DNA of 64,000 bases from Candidatus Multivoradales bacterium (GCA_965223855.1 CBDCXM010000008.1:128001-192000), one strand, 5' to 3'; positions 28,910 through 38,636 are shown, counted from the first letter of the stretch. Numbers and translations are program-made. The notes: generated by a model not told the origin, from the letters alone.

Positions 28910-29503
28910 TCAGCGATTCGCGGCGTCCGTCATCAGACGCTCGAACTGGGTCTCGGCCCGCTCTCCTGCACGCCGATCGCGCAGCAGGCGGCTCGCATGG
29001 TGGAAGGCGAGAATGATCGAGTAGAACTCGTAGGCGAACTGCTCGAGATCGAGATCGGCCCTGAAGTGCCCCTCTTCGACCCCGAGGCGGGCGGCGTGGG
29101 CGAGGCCGTCGAGCCACTCGGTCTGGTAGTGGACCAACCTCTCTCTCAAGGGGCCGGTGCGCGAGTCGAACTCGTTGGCGGCAGCGATAAAGACACAGCC
29201 CTCAGCGTTGCTGTGCCCCTCGGCCCAGGAGCGCCAGTTCGCGAACATCGCCCGTACGCGGGGTTCGCCGCGCGGCGCAGCCAGTGCCGGCCGGATGACG
29301 TGCTCGAGGAAGCGCTCCACTGCCGTTTCGAGCACCTCGAGCTGGAGGTTCTCCTTGGACTGGAAATGGCCGAAGAGGCCGCTCTTCGAGAGCCCCGCCG
29401 ACCTGGCGAGCGAACCGATCGTCAGCCCTTCGAAGCCGACTCTGGAAGCCAGGCCGAAGGCGAGGTCGAGGACCATCGCTTTGGTGGTGGCGCCCTTGCT
29501 CAT
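28910..29503 (-). CDS. TetR/AcrR family regulator (FadP-like)
   Basis: MSKGATTK...GLTIGSLARSAGLSKSGLFGHFQSKENLQ and GCVFIAAANEFD. Confidence 0.92.
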   Translation of the reverse strand: MSKGATTKAMVLDLAFGLASRVGFEGLTIGSLARSAGLSKSGLFGHFQSKENLQLEVLETAVERFLEHVIRPALAAPRGEPRVRAMFANWRSWAEGHSNAEGCVFIAAANEFDSRTGPLRERLVHYQTEWLDGLAHAARLGVEEGHFRADLDLEQFAYEFYSIILAFHHASRLLRDRRAGERAETQFERLMTDAANR

Positions 29504-29509
29504 CCGGGA

Positions 29510-29538
29510 ACAATACGAACGGTCGTTCTTTTTGTCAA
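29510..29538 (-). promoter_or_regulatory. Sigma70 promoter of the TetR gene with an operator in the spacer; probably leaderless
   Basis: TTGACA-N17-TATTGT, with only 6 nt to the ATG. The spacer holds the imperfect palindrome AAGAACGACCGTTCG. Confidence 0.75.
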
Positions 29539-29638
29539 GCGGCGTCTATCGACAAGGACTTCATCCGGCGCCTTGTCTGCAGCGTAGGAGGCATGAACGC
29601 CGCGGAGCCTCCGCAGCCCGGACCTGGAGACCGAGCCC

Positions 29639-31027
29639 ATGAAGAGAGTCCATGTTGCCGTTTGCCCTTCCCTCGCTACTCTGACCCTGGCAGCTCTGGC
29701 CCTGGCCGCCCCACTGGCCTCCCCGCTGGCCGCCGGCCCCACGGTCGTGCCGACATCGGAAGGCCAGCTGGGCATGATGCCGTCCGCCGGGGACGCCGTC
29801 ATCGGCCCCAACTTCGTCGGGCTCTCGAACAGCCGATCCATTCTCGGCAGGCTCGATCGCGACGCCGCGGGCAACTTCACGATCAACTTCTTTCTCGACG
29901 ACCTCCATACGGGCCCCAGCCCGGTCCAGATCGACGCCTTCACGGCGATCTACAACGACGTCCTCGACCGAGCGCCGACCGGCTCGACTCGCACCTCGAC
30001 TGTCAACGGAGACGAGATCGCCGGCTTCTCCTTCAGCTCCGACGGAAGCTCTCCATCAACGATGAAGGTCACGATGCCGATCTACGACGAGAACGGCACC
30101 GTGCTCACCACCGTCACCATCGACGACATCCCGACGTTCCCCGACCCGTCGATCAACGACACCGGCGTCGCGGTCGACAACCAGGGCCGGGTGACGGTCG
30201 CCTATACGGAACTGCCTGGCGGAGTCGCCAGGGTCCGGGGACAACGCTTCGACGCCGCAGGTGTACCGATCGGCGGTGCCTTCACGATCAGCCCCGACGG
30301 TCACGCCGCAACCGACGTCGCGCTGCTCGATCCCGCCGGCAACCGCCTGCTCGTCCCCTTCAGCAGGTTCGACGCGATCCGCGGCTCGATCGTCGACACC
30401 AGCGGCCCGACTCCCGTCGTCGGCCCGAGCATCCCGATCAGCACCACGCCCGCCACCTTCGCCAACCTCGCTCCGATCGTCGCCTCGGCGGTGGAGCTGG
30501 GCAGGTCGATCGTCGTGTGGGAGAACCTGAGCGGATTGCAGGGCAACCCGGTCGACATCTACGCCCGTCGGTTCGATGCCATGGGCAACCCGGTCGGTGA
30601 TGACTTCCGCGTCAACACGACTACCGCGGACGCACAGGGCCAGCCGGCGGCGGCGATGGATCCTTCGGGAGCTACTGCCGTCGTCTGGGCGGGCGACCCT
30701 CTCGTGCCCGGCCAGGAACTCGACGTTTTCCTTCAGGTCTACGGCCCGGATGGACAGCCGATCGGCCCCGAGACCGTCGTCAACACCGGCGTTGCGGGGA
30801 TTCAGGACCGCCCCGCAGTGATGTTTCTTCCCGAGCCCGATGCCCAGGGCAGGCCACAGTTCGTCGTGGCGTGGCGCGACGTCGCCGCTGCCGACGGCAG
30901 TACGCCCAACGGCACCGGTACGAGCTACAAGTGCTTCTCGATCGACGGCATCGACGACCCGACGGAGATCTTCGCCGACGGCTTCGAGAGCGGCGACACG
31001 TCGTCCTGGAGCACGACGCAGAACTGA
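29639..31027 (+). CDS. Secreted beta-repeat protein with a C-terminal IFADGFESGD motif
   Basis: Signal peptide; repeats such as ARRFDAMGNPVGDDFRVNTT...QPAAAM and ETVVNTG...QDRPAV; ends EIFADGFESGDTSSWSTTQN. Confidence 0.8.
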   Translation: MKRVHVAVCPSLATLTLAALALAAPLASPLAAGPTVVPTSEGQLGMMPSAGDAVIGPNFVGLSNSRSILGRLDRDAAGNFTINFFLDDLHTGPSPVQIDAFTAIYNDVLDRAPTGSTRTSTVNGDEIAGFSFSSDGSSPSTMKVTMPIYDENGTVLTTVTIDDIPTFPDPSINDTGVAVDNQGRVTVAYTELPGGVARVRGQRFDAAGVPIGGAFTISPDGHAATDVALLDPAGNRLLVPFSRFDAIRGSIVDTSGPTPVVGPSIPISTTPATFANLAPIVASAVELGRSIVVWENLSGLQGNPVDIYARRFDAMGNPVGDDFRVNTTTADAQGQPAAAMDPSGATAVVWAGDPLVPGQELDVFLQVYGPDGQPIGPETVVNTGVAGIQDRPAVMFLPEPDAQGRPQFVVAWRDVAAADGSTPNGTGTSYKCFSIDGIDDPTEIFADGFESGDTSSWSTTQN

Positions 31028-31052
31028 CGGCCCCACAATGCCGCTCCTCGTT

Positions 31053-32753
31053 TCACTTCTCGAGCCCCACTCGCGACAGGAGAGCATCGAAACGAGGCGA
31101 AGCGCGCAGGGTGTCGTAGATCGGCCACACGGCGAGGAACACGACGAAGCGCGATCGCTCCTCACACGCCGCTTCGAGATGATCGAGAGCACGCTCGACG
31201 TCGCCCAGCCCGGTCCATACCAGCGCCCGATGGATCGATTTCGCCCCTTCCGCCTGTTCGATCGACTCCAGCACGGCGCGCGCCTCGTCCACCTCGCCCG
31301 AGAGCGCGAGTGCCCGAGCATAGGCGGCGATGAGAGCCGGGTTGCCGGACGACTGCTCGTGGGCGAGTCGAGCCTGCTCGAGCGCCGCCGACCGGTCGCC
31401 GAGAGCCTCGAGGGTGAGGGAAAGCCCGAAGCGCGCGTAAGAGAACCCCTCGTCGAGCTCCAGTGCCAGCCCGAACTGCCTTTCCGCCGCGTCGAAGCGA
31501 CGGGCGAAGTACCAGGCGAATCCGAGATCGGAGTTGATGGCCAGCGACAGCGGGTCGAGTTCCACCGCGCGCTGGGCGTGCTCGAGCGACTCGTCGTGCC
31601 GGCCGAGAGCGGCAAGCATGAAGCCGTACCAGTGGTGCGCGTTGGCGTAGCCCGGGTCTTCGGCCAGGGCGCGATGGAACTCCGCCTCGGCGCCGTTCCA
31701 GTCCCAGTCGTAGAGAAAGCGCGTGTACGCGAGAGTCGTGTGCGCCGCAGCGGACCGGGGGTCGAGGCGCAACGCCGCGAGAGCCGACTCGCGCGCCTGC
31801 GGAAAGGCATCCTGAGGCGCCACCCCTCCGTAGAAGGGCAGAAGCACCAGCGCGTCGGCCAGCCCTGCGTGCGCCGGCGAAAAGCTCGGATCGAGCGCGG
31901 TGGCGACCCGGAACTGCTCGATTGCGGCGTCGAGGTCGGCAGAGGTGCGGCGATTCCACAGAAAGCGGCCCCGCACGTAGGCGCGATAAGCGCTCGCCTC
32001 GGCGGTCCTGGCGACCGGTTTCAGACTCGAAGACGTGGCGCTCTCCGGGGGAAGAAGAGAGCCGGCCAGCGCCTCGGAGATCGAGTCCTGAACCTCGAAC
32101 ACCTCCTCGAGGGTCGCATCGAAGCTATCCGCCCAGCGGCTCGCCCCGGTCTCCGACTCGACGACCTGGCAGTTGATCCTCAGTCGCCCCCCGCTCTCCT
32201 GCACGAGACCGGTGACGACCGCGTCCACCCGCAACCGCTCGGCGATCCTCGAGGGTGAGAGCGCGGTCGCATCCTCTCCCCGAAGCGAGGCCGGGGGCAG
32301 CACCCGCAGCCGGCCGAGGCGGCTCAGCTGTGTCGCCACCGAGTCCGCCATCGCCAGCCCCAGCGCCGCAGATTCGCCCGTCGCCGGCGTCGCTTCGAAC
32401 TGGACGACCGCCACCGCCCGGATCGGCGCCGGGCCGCTCTCGACCACCGTCACGGGAACGGCGAAGCGGTACCCCCGTCGCGGGATGGTGTCGATATAGA
32501 CCTGCGAAGGCTCCTCCTGGGCGAACAGGCTTCGCAGCGTATAGATGTTCTGCGGCAGCACGCTCTCGCCGACGAACTGCCCCGGCCAGGCGGTATCGAG
32601 CAGGCGCCGCTTGCCGAGCGTCTCCCCGGCCTGCTGCACGAGGGCAACGAGCACCGCCATCGCCTTGGGGGTGAGCGCGAGCGCCTCCCCTCCGCGCGTC
32701 AGCGCACGTTGCCGGTCGTCGAGCTCGAACGGCCCGAAGGCGTACTTCGCCAT
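31053..32753 (-). CDS. CadC/OmpR-type winged-helix regulator with TolB-N-like and TPR domains
   Basis: YAFGPFELD...LTPKA...YIDTIPRRGYRF; AVAVVQF...WADSFD; TPR motifs YDWDWNGAE and ANAHHWYG. Confidence 0.9.
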   Translation of the reverse strand: MAKYAFGPFELDDRQRALTRGGEALALTPKAMAVLVALVQQAGETLGKRRLLDTAWPGQFVGESVLPQNIYTLRSLFAQEEPSQVYIDTIPRRGYRFAVPVTVVESGPAPIRAVAVVQFEATPATGESAALGLAMADSVATQLSRLGRLRVLPPASLRGEDATALSPSRIAERLRVDAVVTGLVQESGGRLRINCQVVESETGASRWADSFDATLEEVFEVQDSISEALAGSLLPPESATSSSLKPVARTAEASAYRAYVRGRFLWNRRTSADLDAAIEQFRVATALDPSFSPAHAGLADALVLLPFYGGVAPQDAFPQARESALAALRLDPRSAAAHTTLAYTRFLYDWDWNGAEAEFHRALAEDPGYANAHHWYGFMLAALGRHDESLEHAQRAVELDPLSLAINSDLGFAWYFARRFDAAERQFGLALELDEGFSYARFGLSLTLEALGDRSAALEQARLAHEQSSGNPALIAAYARALALSGEVDEARAVLESIEQAEGAKSIHRALVWTGLGDVERALDHLEAACEERSRFVVFLAVWPIYDTLRASPRFDALLSRVGLEK

Positions 32754-32759
32754 CAGCGG

Positions 32760-32789
32760 CTTTGAAGTTTCTTTGAAGAAGCGTTGAGC
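32760..32789. promoter_or_regulatory. Direct repeats with 11-bp period, a putative winged-helix binding site
   Basis: CTTTGAAG at 32760 and 32771 and degenerate CGTTGAGC at 32782, between the divergent wHTH-TPR and ECF genes. Confidence 0.55.
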
Positions 32790-32863
32790 ACGAACGGAAA
32801 GACTCCGCGTCGAAGCGTCTCTAGCCTCTGCGCATGGCCCGGAAGATTCGAGGAGACGACGCC

Positions 32864-33508
32864 ATGCAAACAGCACTTCGAGGAGCCGCGCAGCAGTTCG
32901 ACCAGTCTACAGGGGGCTCTCGCAGTGTCCCCTCGCAGTCAGAGGGTGACGCCGCCCTCGCCGAGAGCATCGCTCGCGGCGACGAAGCCGCCTTCGAGCA
33001 ACTCGTCGAAGAGCACGCGGCCGGCATTCGCCTCTACCTGTGTGCACGTTCGCCCCATGCCTGGCAGGTCGAGGAGATCCTCCAGGACACCCTGCTGCAG
33101 GCGTGGTCTCAGATCTCACGCTTCGACGCCGGGCGCGGCAATCTCAGGAGCTGGCTGCTGGTGCTGGCACGCTCGCGGTGGATCGACCAGTGCCGCAGGC
33201 TCCGCGCCAGCCGACGGCGCGAACAGCGGGCGTGGGAGGAGGAGCAGTGCCGCTTCGAGGGGCGGGAGTCGGCGATCGGCACCCGGGAACTCGAACGACA
33301 GGCCGACCGGCGGGCGGTCACTGCCGCGCTCGCCGATCTGCCCGAAGGGCAGCGCGAGTGCGTGCGCCTGGCCTTCTTCGAGTCGCTGACTCACGTCCAG
33401 ATCGCGGAGCGACTCGACGCGCCGCTCGGGACCGTCAAGTCGCGCATTCTCTACGGCCTGAGGAAGCTGCGAACTTCGCTCGAGGCGCTCGAAGTCGCCG
33501 CAGCCTGA
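32864..33508 (+). CDS. ECF sigma-70 family sigma factor
   Basis: GDEAAFEQL, EEILQDTLLQAW...FDAGRG..RSWL and LPEGQRE...IAERLDAPLGTVKSRI; GAGGAG RBS. Confidence 0.93.
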   Translation: MQTALRGAAQQFDQSTGGSRSVPSQSEGDAALAESIARGDEAAFEQLVEEHAAGIRLYLCARSPHAWQVEEILQDTLLQAWSQISRFDAGRGNLRSWLLVLARSRWIDQCRRLRASRRREQRAWEEEQCRFEGRESAIGTRELERQADRRAVTAALADLPEGQRECVRLAFFESLTHVQIAERLDAPLGTVKSRILYGLRKLRTSLEALEVAAA

Positions 33509-33563
33509 CTCGAGCCCGAATCGCCGGCGCTACAGGTCAAGCACAGCGGGTTAGCATCACAGC

Positions 33564-34988
33564 ATGGCGGACCGCGCTACCCTCCTGCGGCAGCTCCCGC
33601 AGGTCGATCAGCTCCTCCACGAGGGCGCGTTCCCCGCGCTCCAGGAGGAGCACGGGAGAACGCGAGTCGTAGCGGCGCTGCGCAGCGAGATCGGCGCAGT
33701 GCGCGCCTCCCTCGTCGAGGGTGACGGCGAGCTCCCGACGACCGCCGACGACTGGTCCGAGCGCACCCGGCTTCGCATCGAGCGCGACCGTAAGACCTAC
33801 TACCACCCGGTCCTCAATGCGACCGGGGTGATCCTCCACACCGGTCTGGGGCGGGCCTCCCTTCCGGCCGAGGCCGCGGAGGCTGTTCGAAGTCTCGCCG
33901 TCGCCCCTCAGCGCCTCGAGATCGACCCCGACACCGGCAGACGGGGAGGGCGCGACGAAGGGTGTTCCCGCCGGCTGCGCGAGCTGCTCGCCTGCGAGGC
34001 GGCAACGGTCGTCAACAACAACGCCGCCGCGACGCTCGTCGCCCTCGCGGCGATGTGCGAGGGGCGCAAGGTCGTCCTGTCACGCGGCGAGCTAGTGGAG
34101 ATCGGCGGCTCGTACCGGGTGCCGGAGATCATCGCTCAGAGCGGTGCCGAGCTGTGCGAGGTCGGCACCACCAACCGGACCCACTTGACGGACTATGCCT
34201 CCGCTCTCGAACAGGAGGCCGTCGGTGCGCTCCTCAAGGTCCACACGTCGAACTATCGCGTGCTCGGGTTCACCAGCTCGGTCGACATCGCCGCCCTGGC
34301 CGCCCTGGCGCGCGAACATGGGGTACCGCTCCTCCACGACCTCGGCTCCGGCTGCCTCGTCGACCCGTGGCGGGGCGAGGAGGAGGGGCCAGCGGCGTGG
34401 TTCGAGGAGCAGTCCGCCCGCCATTCTCTGGCCGCGGGCAGCGACCTCGTCTGCTTCAGCGGCGACAAGCTGCTGGGGGGACCGCAGGCGGGGATTCTCG
34501 CTGGTAGCGCGGCCGCGGTGGAACGGTGTCGCCGGCACCCCCTCTTCCGCGCGATGCGCCCCGGGCGGATGGTGTACACCGCGCTGGAGGCGACGCTCGA
34601 GCTCTATCTCTCGGGACCGGAGCGAGCGGTCGAGGCGATCCCGGCCCTGAAGCAGCTCGCCGAGCCGGCGGCGAAGGTTCGCGAGCGGGCCGAGCGACTG
34701 GCAGCGGCGATCGACGGCCTCGCGTCGCTCGAAGCGACGGTCGTCGAGACCACCGCCAGTGCCGGCAGCGGCGCGCTGCCGCTCGTCGAGGTGCCGAGCT
34801 TCGGCATCCGCCTCGAAGTCGCCGGCTCGAGTGCCGAGGAGAGCGCTCGACGGCTCCGAACGGGCACTCCGTCCCTGCTGGCCAGGATTCGCGACGACGC
34901 CCTTCGGCTCGATGCGAGGACGCTCACGGACGGCGAGCTGGAGACGGTCGTCGCGGCCCTCTCGCGGCTCGGCGCTCCAGCACCCTGA
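33564..34988 (+). CDS. selA: L-seryl-tRNA(Sec) selenium transferase
   Basis: VLNATGVILHTGLGRA, VVNNNAAA, SRGELVEIGGSYRVP, EVGTTNRTH, LKVHTSNY, DLGSG and FSGDKLLGGPQAG. Confidence 0.97.
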   Translation: MADRATLLRQLPQVDQLLHEGAFPALQEEHGRTRVVAALRSEIGAVRASLVEGDGELPTTADDWSERTRLRIERDRKTYYHPVLNATGVILHTGLGRASLPAEAAEAVRSLAVAPQRLEIDPDTGRRGGRDEGCSRRLRELLACEAATVVNNNAAATLVALAAMCEGRKVVLSRGELVEIGGSYRVPEIIAQSGAELCEVGTTNRTHLTDYASALEQEAVGALLKVHTSNYRVLGFTSSVDIAALAALAREHGVPLLHDLGSGCLVDPWRGEEEGPAAWFEEQSARHSLAAGSDLVCFSGDKLLGGPQAGILAGSAAAVERCRRHPLFRAMRPGRMVYTALEATLELYLSGPERAVEAIPALKQLAEPAAKVRERAERLAAAIDGLASLEATVVETTASAGSGALPLVEVPSFGIRLEVAGSSAEESARRLRTGTPSLLARIRDDALRLDARTLTDGELETVVAALSRLGAPAP

Positions 34989-35062
34989 CCTCGTCCAGAC
35001 CGGCGACGCCGCGCCGACCCCGGTTTGCCCGTCGCGCCGCCGTGCGACACAATCCGCGGCCG

Positions 35063-35704
35063 ATGAGTGATTTCGAAGGCACTGCCCCGGAGCCGTCCGG
35101 GACCGTCGACGAGGGTCCCTGGCAGACCTGGGTTCACGAACTGCGCCAGAGACTCGAGGATCCCACCCCCCACCGCCTCGAGGAAGAGCACATCGGCCGG
35201 CCGGCCTCGGTACTCGTTCCGCTCTACGTCCATGCCGGCGAACTCTGGGTGGTCCTGACGCGACGCTCCGAGGACCTGATGCATCACGGCGGGCAGGTGG
35301 CCTTTCCGGGCGGTGGCCGCGAACCGGGCGAAGACGAGTGGGACGCGGCCCTTCGAGAGACGCAGGAGGAGATCGGCCTCGAGCCGGGACGGATCCTCAA
35401 GCTCGGGATGCTCGACGAGCGCTATGCCGAAGTCAGCGACTACCGCATCCAGCCCTGTGTCGGCGTCGTCCCGTTTCCGCTGGAGACGACCCCCAACCCG
35501 GACGAGATCGACGAGATCTTCACCATCCCCCTGCTCCAGTTCACCGACGTCCGGGTGATCGAGGAGCGGCTCGTCGAATGGCGGGGCCAGGAGCGGCAGG
35601 TCCGCGTCTACCACGTCGGCCGGCACGCGGTATGGGGCCTCACCGCCAGGATCATGCAGAACCTGATCGAGCGGCTCGGCTTCGTCGAAGCGACCGAGGT
35701 CTGA
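35063..35704 (+). CDS. CoA pyrophosphatase (Nudix, NudL-like)
   Basis: ASVLVPL, LTRRS..L.HHGGQVAFPGG, ALRETQEEIGL and VWGLTA. Confidence 0.9.
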   Translation: MSDFEGTAPEPSGTVDEGPWQTWVHELRQRLEDPTPHRLEEEHIGRPASVLVPLYVHAGELWVVLTRRSEDLMHHGGQVAFPGGGREPGEDEWDAALRETQEEIGLEPGRILKLGMLDERYAEVSDYRIQPCVGVVPFPLETTPNPDEIDEIFTIPLLQFTDVRVIEERLVEWRGQERQVRVYHVGRHAVWGLTARIMQNLIERLGFVEATEV

Positions 35705-35715
35705 CCCGGTGCGGG

Positions 35716-35898
35716 CAGCCTGAGCTTCTCACGCCACTGTGGTCTGGTAGGTCGTAGGTTGCTGGAGATACAAGGTTTCCGGTCGCGAGCACCGGAGGCA
35801 TAGCCGTAGCTACGTCGAGGAGCGCAGTGACCGGATAACGCAGTAGATTCAGTGACATACGGCCTACCAGGCTACAGTGGCGTGAGAAGTCCAGGCTA
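35716..35898 (+). repeat. Long-hairpin palindromic repeat element, copy 2
   Basis: Same core as copy 1; arms CTTCTCACGCCACTGTGGTCTGGTAGG / CCTACCAGGCTACAGTGGCGTGAGAAG. The right-end CTA is the prfB stop codon. Confidence 0.9.
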
Positions 35899-37000
35899 GT
35901 TGAGCTGGGCGCTCAGCCACGCCTCGATGAACGGATCGAGGTCGCCGTCGAGCACCCGGTCGGCATTGCCGATCTCGACGTCGGTCCGGTGGTCCTTCAC
36001 CATCCGGTACGGGTGGAGCACGTAGCTGCGGATCTGGCTGCCCCAGGCGATGTCCTTCTTCTGCCCCTCGCGCTCGGCCGCTTCCTCCGCCCGCTTCTTC
36101 ATCTCCAGGTCGTAGAGGCGCGCCTTGAGCATCTTGAGAGCCATCGCCCGGTTCTTGTGCTGCGAGCGCTCGTTCTGACAGGAGACGACGGTGTTGGTCG
36201 GCAGGTGGGTCATCCGCACCGCCGAATCGGTCTTGTTGACGTGCTGCCCGCCGGCGCCCGACGCGCGATAGGTATCGACCCGCACGTCCTTGTCGTCGAT
36301 CTCGATCTCGACGTCGTCGTCGACCTCCGGGTAGACGTAGACCGACGCGAACGAGGTGTGCCGCCGGCTGGCGGCATCGAACGGGCTGATCCTCACCAGC
36401 CGATGGACGCCGGTTTCCCCCTGCAGATAACCGTAAGCATTCGGTCCGCGAACGGCGAACTCGGCGCTCTTGATGCCCGCCTCGTCGCCATCGAGACGTG
36501 ACAGCAGTTCGACCTCGTAGCCCTTCGCCTCGCCCCACCGCAGAAACATTCGCAGCAGCATCTCCGCCCAGTCCTGCGACTCGGTGCCGCCGGCCCCGGG
36601 ATGGATATCGACCAGCGCGTTCTTCTCGTCGTCCGGCCCCGACAGCTTCATCTCGAGCTCGAGAGTCCTCAGACGGGGCTCCAGCTCATCGAGGAATGCC
36701 GTCAGCTCGGTGTCGGCCTCGCCCTCGGCGAGGAGCTCACCCCAAGCCTCCAGCTCTTCGCCATCGGAGCGCAACTGCTTGAGGGTGCCGAGCTTGCGCT
36801 CGACGGCGCTCCTCTCCCGCAGCAGCGGGGCGCTCTTCGACGGGTCGTCCCAGAACCCCTCGACCTGGGTTTTCGCGTCGAGCTCGGTCAGGCGCTCTTC
36901 GAGGCCGGCCTGTTCAAAGATACCCCCGGAGCTGAAGGAGCTGCCCGGCGAGGGCGTCGATGCGGGACTGGATGTCGGCGGCGGTGTCGAGGTTGCTCAT
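35896..37000 (-). CDS. prfB: Peptide chain release factor 2 with a programmed +1 frameshift
   Basis: ATG at 37000, MSNLDTAADIQSRI...LRGYL, then CGGGGGTATCTTTGAA (slip site 36914-36919). The +1 frame gives EQAGLEERL..FWDDP and continues to the SPF and GGQ motifs. Confidence 0.97.
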
Positions 37001-37042
37001 GGGAGTCTCACGGGTGCGGTCTCGGTGTGCGAAGCACCTACC

Positions 37043-38569
37043 CTATCTCGCATCACGTCTGCCCGCGAACGGCCGAGGGAACGACCCCGAGCGGCTCAGC
37101 CAGGCGATCATCGCGAGCAGCGACATCACAGCGGGCGGGCCCCATGGCAGACGCGAATAGGGGGTGAGGTCGGTCGCCGGAGCCACCGCCACGCGCAGCG
37201 TCCCCTCCTCCCCGACTCCGAGCTGCTGCTCGACCTCGCCGTCCGGCCCGACGACGACGGACACTCCGGTGATGGCGGCGCGCAGCAGGGTCCTGCGGCT
37301 CTCGGCGGCCCGGAACCGGGCTCCCCTCAGGTGCTGCCACGGCGCCCAGGTGTCGCCGTACCAGGCGTCGTTGACCACGGTCACGAGGACCGTGGCGCCG
37401 GCGGCGACCTGTTCGGCGACGAGGGTCGGGTAGATGACTTCGTAGCAGACGGCGACGCCGATCCGATGACCCTGCCACTCCAGCAGCGCCGGGCCGTCTC
37501 CGCGGTCGAAGTCTCCTGCCGCTCGGGCGAGCTTGTCGAGGAACGGCAGGACCCCCTTGAACGGGACGTACTCGCCGAACGGCACCAGCTGGCGCTTGTC
37601 GTAGCGACCGGTCGGCCCGTCCGGACCGACCAGCAGCACCGAGTTGAGGTACGGCAGTCCTTCCCCCTGGCGGGTGATCGAGTTGACGAGCAGCGGGCAG
37701 CCGTTGTCGGCGATCGCGTCGAGGTCCTCGGCGAGGAAGGGATGGCGGTCGTACTCGTAGGGCCAGAAGCCGCTCTCCGGCAGCACCAGCAGTGCGGGCT
37801 CGCGACACGCCTCACCCGCCATGCCTCGCATCCGCCGGTAGTTCCGATCCACCGTCTCCTGCTCGTAGCGAACCAGGTTGGGGATGTTGGGCTGGAGCAC
37901 CCGGAACTCGCTCGCTCCCGAGGCGCCGGACGGCTCCGGTGCCGACACCGCTCCGACGGCGAGCAGGAGGGCGACCCCCGCCACGGTCGCCGCCCAGATC
38001 CGGACCCTCCCACTGCGCAGCCACAACGCCCCGGCGACGTTGACGAGGAGCACGAGCGCGCTCACGCCGTAGGCTCCGATCCACGCCGACAGGGGCAGTG
38101 CACCCGGCACCTCGACCACCGCGTAGGCCGCGACATTCCACGGAAAGCCGCTGAAGAGGTACTCCCGCAGCCACTCGAGGGCGACCCACAGCGCCGGCAG
38201 GCCGAGAAGCGCCCGCCAGCCACCCGCCCGCCACAGCCCGCTGCCGAACCAGCCGAACGGCACCCAGAAGAGCAGACTGAGGAAGGCGGCGAGGAGCAGC
38301 ACTCCGAGCCACGACAGCGGCCCGGGGATGCCGCCGAAGCTCGCCAGTGTCGCTGGAATCCAGTAGAGGCCCACCGTCCAGAAGGCGGTGCCGTGGATCC
38401 AGGTCAACAGCGCCGGGCGGCGGCCGCCGAGGAGCGGGAAGAGCGGTACCAGCGCCCCCCAGGGCGCGAGCAGCAGGCCCCCACGGCCGAAGCAGCACGC
38501 CCACAGCACCCCGCCGAGCAGCGCGATCAGCGGCCACAGCCAACGGTGCCTGGACGAGGCTTCCGTCAT
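37043..38569 (-). CDS. lnt: Apolipoprotein N-acyltransferase
   Basis: FSGFPW, QPNIP, LPES, YDKRQLVPFGEY, VCYE, NDAWYG and RAAITGVS. Confidence 0.95.
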   Translation of the reverse strand: MTEASSRHRWLWPLIALLGGVLWACCFGRGGLLLAPWGALVPLFPLLGGRRPALLTWIHGTAFWTVGLYWIPATLASFGGIPGPLSWLGVLLLAAFLSLLFWVPFGWFGSGLWRAGGWRALLGLPALWVALEWLREYLFSGFPWNVAAYAVVEVPGALPLSAWIGAYGVSALVLLVNVAGALWLRSGRVRIWAATVAGVALLLAVGAVSAPEPSGASGASEFRVLQPNIPNLVRYEQETVDRNYRRMRGMAGEACREPALLVLPESGFWPYEYDRHPFLAEDLDAIADNGCPLLVNSITRQGEGLPYLNSVLLVGPDGPTGRYDKRQLVPFGEYVPFKGVLPFLDKLARAAGDFDRGDGPALLEWQGHRIGVAVCYEVIYPTLVAEQVAAGATVLVTVVNDAWYGDTWAPWQHLRGARFRAAESRRTLLRAAITGVSVVVGPDGEVEQQLGVGEEGTLRVAVAPATDLTPYSRLPWGPPAVMSLLAMIAWLSRSGSFPRPFAGRRDAR

Positions 38570-38636
38570 CACCGTGGCCTCCCCTCACTCGGAGCGACCT
38601 GCGCTCTCGGAGCCTGGGCCCTCAGAGTCACCCGGG

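Noticed and set aside
35652-35858. Small repeated ORFs (..LLDVATAMP..) as a peptide gene family
   Set aside because: They are translations of the hairpin repeat with no consistent start or RBS. I kept them only as a property of the repeat.
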